A DNA stretch of 64,000 nt from Octopus vulgaris (taxonomy: Eukaryota): assembly GCA_951406725.2 (NCBI GenBank), contig OX597815.1, positions 164,982,001-165,046,000 of the forward strand, in the 5' to 3' direction. This document shows positions 53,667-64,000 of this stretch, one piece after another. The notes under the pieces are model-generated. The model ran no database searches. It was not told the DNA's origin and saw only the letters and a program-made list of their open reading frames with translations. The number at the start of each line of letters is the position of its first letter. Position 1 is the stretch's first letter. The position numbers and the translations under genes were made by a program.

Positions 53667-54503
53667 ACCTTCAGTTTGACATTGAGAGCAATGGACAGAA
53701 ATCACTCCGCGTCTGTGCGGCTCCGGCCGGCTACGCGATACTCTGTTTTAATTTGACAGTCAGATTCCCCCGGTCCGTACCAGTATCGAGTCGGCCGGGC
53801 ATAACTATATTGCTGACGAACCTTCTGATGAAACAGATGTCACTCTTTGTCAATATATTTATTTAACAGTATCTAAACCTATTCTTTATCTATTACTTGT
53901 TTCAGTCATTGGACAGTGGCCATGCTGGGGCACGACCTTGAGGGCTTTAGCCGAACAACAGGACTCTACTACCTATGTTTTATAGCGATGATGGTGAGCC
54001 ATGTTTCATGCGGTCCGGTTCTCGGGAAAGATTGCTCATGACCACAAAATATTGCTCTTTCTGCTAGAAATGGTAGCCGAGTCTCTCTTTATAATAATTT
54101 TTCAAAAGTTAAAAAGATAAAAAAAAAAAAAAATAAATAAAGTACGCATTAGATAATAACTAGAGGTGTTATATCTGAAAAACTCAACATGAGATGGTCA
54201 CGGCTGGAATGCCCGTGATCAGCAGTTTGCTTGATCAAGAGTAATTTGGGGCTAAAACAACAACAACGAAGAAACAAATGTTAAAACAATGATGATGATG
54301 AGGAGGAGGAGGTGAAAGAGGAAGAGGAGGAGTGGTGGAGGAAGAGGTGGAGGAAGAGGAGGAGAAGGATGAGGGTGGTGGTTATGACGACGACGGTGTT
54401 GACAATATTGAGGAAGGCGATGAGGATAATGTTTGTTATAATTGTAAATCTTCAAGTCTGATGTTCCCCTGCCTAAATAAATCGACAATATTAAAATATG
54501 ATG

Positions 54504-54572
<69 letters not shown>

Positions 54573-55054
54573 CAATAACACCAGAATTGATTAGGAAATA
54601 ATTCGGAAATCGTTTATTGACAAAAAAATAAAGTTGATTGAATCGACTTCAGAATATTCTCGGTTATTTTTTACTAAACCTATCGAAGTTAATAAAAAAT
54701 CGAAGTCTTCTTTTGTCATCATGGCAACCGACGAGGAGATATTGCCATGGCAAATTATAAAAGCGGGCTATGAGAAAGAAGACAGGCGTGAAAAACAACA
54801 ATACATAAAGAAATGATATGAAACGTCCTTTTAGAGGAACAGCCACTTGGAGGATAATCAGGGAACCCTACAGATTCTGGATACTCGTGTTGCTAAGGTG
54901 ATGTGTACACATTCAGCTAAGTTCACCGGCCTACACAGCAAGCAGATACTTAGAGTAGGCCTAATCGTTCGGGCAGCATCCCACTCCCCTCATTACGTAT
55001 GTTACTTGAAGAAGTTGAGGAAAGCTTGGTTCAAGTGGAAATTGCCTTCTTATA

Positions 55055-55534
55055 CCGTAAATCCTCGAGTATAATCCGCATTTCCCCCCAAAATTTAAAG
55101 GTCAAAATCCCTAGTGCGTACTATATGAAAAATATTTTCTAAGCAATGTCCGAGTCTCTATTTGTTGTCCGGCAATGTTTATTCAGACGCATTTTGTGAT
55201 GTCGGGCGCGAAAACGCCTTAAGCTAAGCCTGAAAACAATGAAGTCATAAAAGGATCATCCATAACTTGCAGTAAGCAACATTTATTAAACGTTATTACT
55301 GTTATTTCTTTATTTTCTGCAAAAATGCACAAAAAAGCTACACGTTTGCATTATGTTATATATACAATAATAATAAAGGACATTACCGTGTACATTTTTA
55401 CAAACCAAGGACGTTATATAGACCTCCTTGACTCAAGTTAGAGAAGGGGTGCGTATTATACACAAGGTTTAGGTTTTTCAAAGGTACAGTCCCCTAAAAA
55501 TCCTCAAGGACGGACTATACTCGAGGATTTACGG
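55055..55534. mobile_element. Tc1/pogo-type MITE
   Basis: TA-flanked TIRs ccgtaaatcctcgagtata / tatactcgaggatttacgg. Confidence 0.88.
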
Positions 55535-56339
55535 TAGTTCTTTTACTCTTGTCTATCATACAACCTTTTTCACTACAGCAGACAGAGAAACAGCTTAGCA
55601 TTAACAAGCACAGGAAGATAGCAGATCTTCACAATGGATTCTGATGATTACAGGACTTATTCTATTTGCGTCAATTGCTGGTCGACATGACTTTAAAAGT
55701 CAACCATGTTCGGATATTGAACATTTGTATGTGTTGAACGGTTTCATTTTACTGCTGACGACACTTCCGTACATACAGACCACCAAATGCACCCCTTCCC
55801 GCGATCACTAAGAGGCGAAGTATGCTATGAAATTGTCCATTGACCTTGGGCGGAATATCCTCCTGAATAGACAACTAATCAGGTGTTTGTCCACACCGAG
55901 AGTATCTTTAAGACTTTTCACAATGACAACATTTCATGACTGGAAGAGGACTGAAAGCACCTAACAACATTCCAGTTATCTGGCGCTCAATCTTGGTCTT
56001 CACTTGACACATGATTACAATTTCAGTATGCTCTCTCTATATGGTAGTCTATCAAATACTTTATTGAAAACGATACGATTTGTCTAAGTCCACTTTGGCA
56101 CTTTCGACAAACTCATTTAATATCTATTGGACCATTGGTTCTCAACCAGGGACCACATGGCCCCTGAGGGTCCACATAATATTTTTGGGGTTCCACGAAG
56201 AAAATTGTAAATTGGGGATCCAAATACTATTTTAAGGGCTCCTGAAAAAAATTTTGCTTTTGATATATATATTGGTATGCATTGCAAAAAACAGCTTGGT
56301 TTCTTTCTCTAAAATTTTTCTCTAACATTTAAGGACCCC

Positions 56340-57600
56340 TGTGTTAGATTGTTAGAATTACCTCAACAGGTTTACACTCATTCCTATCATTTACTCCCGC
56401 ATAATCCTGGCCCGAGATCAAGGTGTGATTCCAGTAGCCCATAAGCATTAATATGTGAGATATTCCCATGAATATCATTTACATTTTTGGAAAGGTCGAA
56501 CCACCTCCCACAGTCACTCATTGAAAGGCATTGTCTTCGCTATTCTTCATGTTTAGGATCACCAACTCACTGTATAAATTTATGAAGATTTTTCGTATTT
56601 CGAAATCCAGGCCTTTCCTGAACAGCACTGATATTCGCTCGATCCCAACCGACTGAAGATGCGTTATACTCCTTGAAGAGCTTGAGTGCATGCATCCCAG
56701 AAACCCTGATAGCTACAACATCTACATCTACTAACCTGAGATCCTTAAGAAAATAACTTCGCTTTCAAATCGAGTTTAGTCTAGGCTTCGTGCAAGTGCG
56801 AAACCGACTCTTTATACCGATATACTGACTTGAGAATAAGGGTAACTAGTAATTTATCTTTCAATCGAGACAATCGAACAATCCTGTTTTCGAAGCAAAT
56901 TCACTAAAACAATGAGAAGAGCTAACCTCGCCAGACAGATCGCGCGATACGAAACTGCTCCACTGGTTGATCATTTTCTGCTATCATCAACTAGCTGCCG
57001 CTGGATATTGTATCAATATATCCCCTCAACATTGAACCCAAATTGTAGCACCCATCTGGTCCTGACTGTCAGCTTTATAAAACGCTTTAGACTGATCAAA
57101 ACTGATCAGCGCTCTATCAAAGTCAGATCTTAACACAATTTTCTTTGTGATTTGTCATGGATAGATCTGTTCGAGACAGCACAGGTTTGTGCAAACCAGT
57201 CGAAACTATCTACCAATCTCTTTGTGAGCACTTTCGTCAGAAACTTTAATTCTGAGTTAAAAATTGTTATGATGTTCTCTTGTTCAAGTCATTCCTCATC
57301 AATGTCACCGATCCAGATATTACACTTCAGTCTTACATCTGCTAAGAGACTATAAATTTTTTAGGGAAGACCATATAGTCCAAGCGACTTCCTATACATT
57401 CATAATGTTCAACCTTTCAGAACTTGAAACCTGCTTTTCATATCACCAATTTTTTCTGGCGAGATTAGCAGCAGACTGTCTAGGTAGATATTTAAGCCAG
57501 TCGCTCCTCCGAAACAATTCAGCAGAGCACCGTTGAAAGGAATGCACACATAAGCTTGAAATCCGATATCCTATGACTTGCAAGTTTGTAAAAGACTGCT
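56340..57600 (-). pseudogene. Old Tx1/L1-type LINE reverse transcriptase remnant
   Basis: Minus-strand translation ITIFNSELKFLTKVLTKRL, AQTCAVSNRSIHD, ALISFDQSKAF, FRIARSVWRG. Unique sequence down to about 54850 may belong to the same element. Confidence 0.75.
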
Positions 57601-57933
57601 TCGTGTCCCGGTTTCACAACGCGCATTAGATGAAGAAATATGTCTAAAGTAAGGGACGCAACTCTATATAACTAAACTGAATATTTCACAAAGTATTATT
57701 TAGAAATCATTAAAGCGACTAAATGGCAGAATTATGGGTTACATTAATATCTCCAGGAGTTACATGAAGCCATTTAATTTTTGTAGTAGGAATAAAAATG
57801 GGTTTAATACCAAAATAAACAGAATGAAAGAAAAAACTATCTCTTTGGCATATTTCCCTTGAAAGATAGAAGACAATCGTTCAGCTCTCAGTTCTAGGTA
57901 TAAGAATTGTTATCCAAATCTTTGTGAGCCACT

Positions 57934-58290
57934 CAGCACGCCGAGAAAAGTGCTTAGCGGTATTTCGTCAGCCGCTACGTTCTGAGTTCAAATTCCGCCG
58001 AGGTCGACTTTTCCTTTCATCCTTTCGGGGTCGATTAAATAAGTACCAGTTACGCACTGGGGTCGATATAATCGACTTAATCCGTTTGTCTGTCCTTGTT
58101 TATCCTCTCTGTGTTTAGCCCCTTGTGGGCAGTAAAGAAATAGGTAAAAGAAATAGGTATTTCGACCGTCTTCACATTCCAAGTTCAAATTCTACCGAGT
58201 TTGATTCTGCCTTTCATCTTTTAGGAGTCAATGTGATCGACTTACCCACCCCGATCATCCTGGTCTTGTGCCAAAATTTGAAACTAATAT
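57934..58290 (+). mobile_element. Meta-like SINE dimer
   Basis: Family core, then aaagaaataggtaaaagaaataggtatttcg, then a second degenerate body. Confidence 0.85.
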
Positions 58291-58448
58291 TTAGAAATCA
58301 TAAGCAATGTTAATAGGGAATATTTTAGAATACAAATATGCTAGTGAAATACAGGTTTATATTTAAATTTTCAGCAATTGCACACATACACACACACGCA
58401 CGCACGCACACATTCATGCATACATACATACATACATACATACATACA

Positions 58449-58479
<31 letters not shown>

Positions 58480-58569
58480 CCTGTTGAAGTTGTTGACATT
58501 CCAATGAAAGAGCTTCTCTATGGGAAAAAAAATCTTGAAATAAAACTGAATAACGACATACATACAGTG

Positions 58570-60130
58570 TGACTGATGAGCTGGCAAGAAGAAAGAAGAC
58601 AGTGTGGGGATGTAGTGATGTAGCTTTTGGTAAACGATGCTATAATGTCTGAAGTGAAAAAACACTGTAGGAGCATTGCAACAGTATGGCTTGATTATAG
58701 GAAGGCATTGGACTCTCTTCCCCACTTATGGCTGCTGAAGAGTCTACATTTACCAAAAGTGCCTGCTGCCTCAATTGCTTTCATTGACTGGCTCACAAAG
58801 ATTTGGGCAACAATTCTTACACTTAGGACTGAGATCTGAACGATTGTCTCCAATGTTATGTTTCAAGGGAAATATTCCAAGGAGATAGTTTTTCTTTAAT
58901 TCTGTTTATTTTGGCATTAAACCCATCCATTTTCATTTCTGCTACAAAAACCAAATGGCTACATGCTAAGGTCTGTAACTTCTAGAGATATTAAAGTAAC
59001 CCATAATTTCTTTGTGGATGACCTTAAGATTTATGCTAAAAATGTTAACAATGCCAAAAAACAGCTGGAATTAATAACAACGTTTTCAACTGACTTAGGA
59101 ATGGAATTTGGCCTAAAGAGACGTTCATATTTGATTATTGAATGAGAAAAATCAGTTTCCCAGACTCCCAAACCTATGCATCAATAGTCTCGCTATCTCT
59201 CCTGTCTCACACAAAGAATGCTACAAGTCCCTAGGTATTGATAAACAAGATATCATATGAAAATATGATGTGTTTTCATACTTTCATGTGTGAATAAAGA
59301 TAGAATGACCTGAGAATATTATGCATGACTTAGAGAAATATGGCAAATGGAACTTTCTTTTCACAACATGACAATATCTCACAATGTATTTGCAGTACCA
59401 GTACTGATTCAACCATTTGTAATACTTGACTTGTCTGTAGAGGAAATCCACTCCATAGAAGTTGAAATCTGTAAGATACTGACATCAACTAGAAATTTTC
59501 ACAGAAATACTGATATTGACAGACTCTACCTAAGAAGGAATAAAGTAGGTAGAGACTTAAGATCAGTGCAGACAGCCTTTGAATGCTGCATAATCTCTCT
59601 CAGGCAGCACTTCTTAAACAACAGCAGCAAAGATAAATACATTACATTTGTGCTGAAAAGTGAAAAGAACAATATCCTATGTGTTGGCAGCGAGCAACTC
59701 ATGAAGCACTGATGAACCTCCATGCAATCCTCAAACAGCTGGGCTAACACACCTCAAAGAAGACCTGGATGTGAAACACTCCACATATCAAAATAAAAAA
59801 AAAAAAGGTCTGTTTCCTGAAGAAGACAGTAATATTCTTTTCTACTCTAGGCACAAGGCCTGAAATTTTGGGGATGGGGAGCCAGCCAATTAGATCGACT
59901 CCCAGTATGCAACTGGTACCTAATTTATCGATCCCAAAAGGATGAAAGGCAAAGTCGACCTTGGCAGAGTTTGAACTCAGAACATAAAGGTAGACAATAT
60001 ACCGCTAAGCATTTTGCTTGGTGTGCTAATGTTTCTGCCAGCTTGCCACCTTAAGAAGACAGTAATATTGACATATAGTAAGGCCTTTCTTGGACTTGTG
60101 CCCTCTACATCACATCTCACTTTGAAAGCT
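58570..60130 (+). pseudogene. R4/Dong-clade LINE reverse transcriptase remnant
   Basis: WLDYRKALDSLPH, IFQGDSFSLILFILALNP, HNFFVDDLKIY, LGMEFGL, FHRNTDIDRLYLRR. Contains stops and frameshifts. Confidence 0.88.
59837..60052 (-). mobile_element. Meta-like SINE inserted in the LINE
   Basis: 17-bp TSD aagaagacagtaatatt (59820-59836, 60053-60069). Confidence 0.92.
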
Positions 60131-60583
60131 TTCACTTTTTGAATTCGGGGAAACATTCAAATTGTGTGAAATTTTAGAATGATTCTTCTTTCGTCTATGC
60201 AAAGTTTGCAATGTCCCCTTCCATTCAGATAAGGTCCAGGTTGTACCAGTAATTTCCTTTTTATTTTGTTAGGCATTGCCTTCTAAAATAGAATCTGTGA
60301 TTATTCAGCTGAACTTTAAAGGGGTTCTCTGATGCTATTGCTCTGACATATTTCTATATGAGTGTGGCCTTGTTGTCACTGGATAACATCACTTTTGCTT
60401 AGTTGATCAAGGCTTACACTGACCATTCACAGGGTACTCACTTTATGCTCTGCATGAGCATCCTTAATATTCATTAATATTCTTTTGACACTGGGCGTAT
60501 AGCAGAATAAGACCCTCAAGTTATGTGTATTGAATATTATCCTGTAAATAAGATCCTGAGTAAAATGCATATTTAAAGTATGT

Positions 60584-60876
60584 GTTGTTGTTTGTTCCTT
60601 CTTGAGCCATACCTGGCTCATAAGGGCTGGTTTCCCAGTTTCATTGGTGTATAGGTTCCCCACCTGGACAGGACGCTGGTCCGTTGCAGGTGAGCTGCTA
60701 GATGCTGGAGGAAAGAGTGAAAAAAAGTCATGGCGAAAGAGTCAGCAGAAGTTTGCCATTACTGAAACCATGTGAAGCTTAGGTGTTTCACTTATAAACA
60801 CACACCTGGTCTGAGATTCGAACCCACAATCCCTTGACTGAGTCCACTGCTCTAACCACTAGGCCATGTGCCTCCA
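60584..60876 (-). mobile_element. Older head-1-like SINE with V-like body
   Basis: 16-bp TSD catatttaaagtatgt (60568-60583, 60877-60892), A/B boxes and a (CAA) tail. Confidence 0.9.
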
Positions 60877-61044
60877 CATATTTAAAGTATGTAGTTAATA
60901 AGAATACCAAATACATTATCATAATTAATAAATCTTGATACCACTCCAGTTCTGCTTGTGCTTCTGTGTTACAAAACCTTTTCTTTTAAATATTAACTAG
61001 GCTTCTCTAAAATGCCATAAGGTAACATTGAAACCTGGACTATG

Positions 61045-61297
61045 TAGTTATGAATTGAACATATTAATTACGCAAAGATGCTTGGAAATGTTGTAGTTTG
61101 GTCGAACACTGAGTCATGATGTCTATCAAAGTAATATTAATTGTCTTTAATTTCTGGAGAAAAGAAAGGTAAAGTTGACCTTGGTAGAATTTAAACATTT
61201 GTCCTCATCTTGTTTGTTGTTAACACGTTTCAGCTGATATACCCTCCAGCCTTCTTCAGGTGTCTTGGGGAAATTTCGAACCTAAGGTATTTTTCGA

Positions 61298-61337
<40 letters not shown>

Positions 61338-62040
61338 GTTGTTAGTGTTCAGGTCACTGCTTGGAATTGAACTCGGAATCTTGGGGTTAGTAGCCCACGC
61401 TCTTAACCACGCTCTTAACCCACGCTCTTAATATCTGTCGAATGTAAATAATGTAAATAATGTACATAGTTCCTCATCTCTTAAATATAGAACTGTGGTA
61501 CTTGTTTTATCAATCCTGAGAGGATGAAAAGCAAAGTTGAAGTTGGTGGGATTTGAACTCAGTTTGTAAAGAACCAGAATGAATATCATTAACTTTGGCA
61601 GAAGTTAAACTCAGATCCTAAAATATTTAGAACAACGATTTCTTTCCAAAAAATCACAAATCTATTGTCTTTTAAAATTGTTTCCCACATTTCATTTTCC
61701 CTTCAGATATTTCAAAATGTGGTCTTTTAAATTTTCAGCTCACTGACTATTAAGTCATATTTGAATTGAATATCCTTATGTTTGGCTTTTTTTTAACATT
61801 TAGTTTTATGGTTAGTGCCTGAATTAAACTGACATATCAAAGTAATTTACGATTTATGAATTGAACATATTAATCATGTGGTTTATGAACTGAACATATT
61901 AATTACACGAAAATGCTTGTGCTCATCGGGGAAATATTGTTGTTTGGTCAACCATCGAGTCACAATGGCTATCAAAATAAAAATAATTGTCTTTAATTCC
62001 TGGGAAAAAGAAAAGTAAAATTGACCTCAGCAGAACCTAA
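61045..62040 (+). repeat. Old ~150-bp direct duplication (about 61045-61195 vs 61882-62040)
   Basis: Both copies share ttatgaa.tgaacatattaattac...aattgtctttaatt.ctgg.gaaaagaaa.gtaaa.ttgacct. Confidence 0.75.
61197..61497 (-). mobile_element. Composite element: tRNA-like head + (AAT)n + hammerhead-like module
   Basis: Minus strand gtggttaagagcgtgggctactaacccc..gagttcaattcc, then gacac-CTGAAGA-a-ggctg..cagct-GAAA-cgtgtt. Confidence 0.7.
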
Positions 62041-62364
62041 AAGTATATAACTAAATACTCAGGATTTATATAAATAAGTGCCTGAGTATTTATATAAACT
62101 AGCTGGACCCATGAAAAATTCACGGAAAACATAAAAAATGTAAGCATCTGTAAATTACGTGCGGGTGCCATGAGAAATATTTCTATATTGTGACAGTTAC
62201 AGAATATAGAAAAAAGTGTAAAACTGATAACTATATAATCCAACCAAAATATCTCAGTTACGCAAAGGTAAACAGAATTACTATTTAGCCTTAAAATACA
62301 TCGTACATATTCAAAGAATCTTCTTGGTTTAGTGGTATGGAACGTTCTTCTGGTATTCTTTTAT

Positions 62365-62680
62365 TCTTTTACTTGTTTCAGTCATTTTACAGTAGCCATA
62401 CTGGAGCGTCACCCTCTAATTGAAGAAATTGACCCCTGGACTTATTCCCTGTAAGCCTGGTGCTTATTCTATCAACCTCTTCTGCTGAATAGCTAAGTTA
62501 CGGAGATGCAAACACACCACCATTGGTTGTCAAGCAATGGTGGTGGTGGTGGTGATGGTGGTGGGGACAAACACAGACACAGACACACACACACACACAC
62601 ATATGATGGGCTTCTTTCAGTTTCCATCTACCAAATTCACTCATGTAGCTTTGACTGGCCCAAGGCTATGGTAGAAGATG
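62365..62680 (-). mobile_element. Degenerate CORE-type SINE
   Basis: Tail cttttacttgtttcagtcatt and family core on the minus strand. Confidence 0.8.
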
Positions 62681-63199
62681 CTCTTTAAAGTAGAGTTGAA
62701 TTTTATGTAGCCACCCATTGGCAACTTTTCTTCCCCACCCATTTTATAGGGGGGTATTACCCATTTTTCTGGGCTCTTTTCACAGTTATACCCCGTTCGA
62801 AATCTACATTAGTTTTTGCATGAAAAAAAAGGAAGGGTGGTGGGCTTGTTTGTAGCTTGTAGGGAAAATGTTAAATGTGCCTGCAAAAAAAAAACATGGT
62901 CTTTCCCCACAACTAAAAGACATGAAGAACTATGAAAAAAGGCGAATAAGTACTGGAGGTGGGGGGAAAGAAGAGAGAGCTAACACTCAGTCATTCTAGA
63001 ACTCCCAAAATAAAAACATAAACAGCTGAAAGACTTTCCCTCTGTTCATTACTAAATGTCTTTCCCTCCTCCTCATTGTTAAAAGTAAAGAATCTAGAAA
63101 AGATCAATCGTATTTCAGTCAAGTTGACATTGTAAATGACTGATGCTTTCCTTTCTCTGTCTCTACCACTTCACTCCTTTTTTCTACGGTTAAGAGAGT

Positions 63200-63990
63200 G
63201 AAGGTGTGTGGCTCAGTGGTTAGGGGTATTCGGCCCACGATTGTAAAGTCATGAGTACAATTCCCTGCAGCATGCTGTGTTCTTGAGCAAGGTACTCTAC
63301 TTCCTCTGGCTGTAGTCTACTCAGCTGGCAAAAACTAGTTGTAGCTGTAATTCAAAGGGGCTAGCCTTGTCACGTTCTGTGTGAGGCTGAATCTCCCAGA
63401 GAGCTAGCTTATGGTATGCATGTCTGTGGAGTACTCAGCTACTTGTGTGTTAATTTTATGAGCAGACTGTTCCATTGATCAGATAAACAGGAACCTTGTT
63501 ATCATAACCAACAGAGTGCCATTTTTTAAAAAGAGTGAAAGGAAAGGAAATGTTCTATATCGCAAGGCAAAGCTGTTATGTGTTTAGTATAAGCAGCAAA
63601 AGCAAAGATGAAATAATTGCTATTCCATCGTGTGTTCACCCTTGACTCATGCTCAGTTTCATAACAATAGCCTGCTCATTGGTGTTTATCTGGAGGCTTG
63701 GCATCGAGATCTGTGAGAGCCACAAATACTGCTGTTAGGACCAGATTAACACCCATAGGGACCCTAACGACTAAAAAGATTTTCCTGCTCCTATATAAGA
63801 TCTTTTTTCATTTTCTTCCAACCACTTGATAGTTTATCTTACGCCATTCCACTCAGCTGGCCAAAATGAGTTGTAGCTGCAATTCAAAGGGGCCCACCTT
63901 GTCAAATTCTGTGTGAGGCTGAATCTCCCTGAGAACTACATTAATGGCTTGCATGTCTGTGGAGTACTCAGCCATTTGCAAGTTAATTTT
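63200..63990 (+). mobile_element. Older head-2 + body-a SINE (63200-63520) and a second body fragment (63850-63990)
   Basis: Homology to 40778-41090 and 959-1345, with CpG depletion. Confidence 0.8.
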
Positions 63991-64000
63991 ATCCTCGTGT

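Noticed and set aside
54290-54601. Acidic or ER-repeat protein ORF
   Set aside because: It derives from GGA/GAT/GA simple repeats.
56912-57133. Gypsy RNase H-like motif (KTDQRSI) on the plus strand
   Set aside because: The minus strand gives several ordered Tx1/L1 RT motifs, which is a better explanation.

Overview
Repeat-dense, AT-rich eukaryotic (animal) DNA with no intact host protein-coding gene. The SINE families, microsatellite load and TTAGGG repeats suggest an octopus or related cephalopod; this is recognition from memory, not a search result. The window holds dozens of tRNA-derived SINEs of about four types and decayed LINEs (a near-full-length RTE, three R4/Dong pieces, a Tx1/L1-type RT). 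It also holds a broken mariner, Helitron pieces including a PIF1 helicase fragment, hAT/Tc1/CACTA-type MITEs, a probable Academ remnant and many microsatellites. Nearly all long ORFs in the track are microsatellite artefacts. The four most unusual signals are: (1) GGATC...GATCC inverted-repeat elements carrying telomere-like repeats and flanked by 64-112 bp direct duplications; (2) a near-perfect 380-bp palindrome with a hammerhead ribozyme on each strand, plus other hammerhead motifs, one fused to a tRNA-like Pol III head; (3) SINE multimers that share one fixed tail-to-hairpin-loop junction at independent loci; (4) a 34-bp minisatellite derived from a SINE segment. Coordinates were read by eye and element boundaries without a TSD are approximate.
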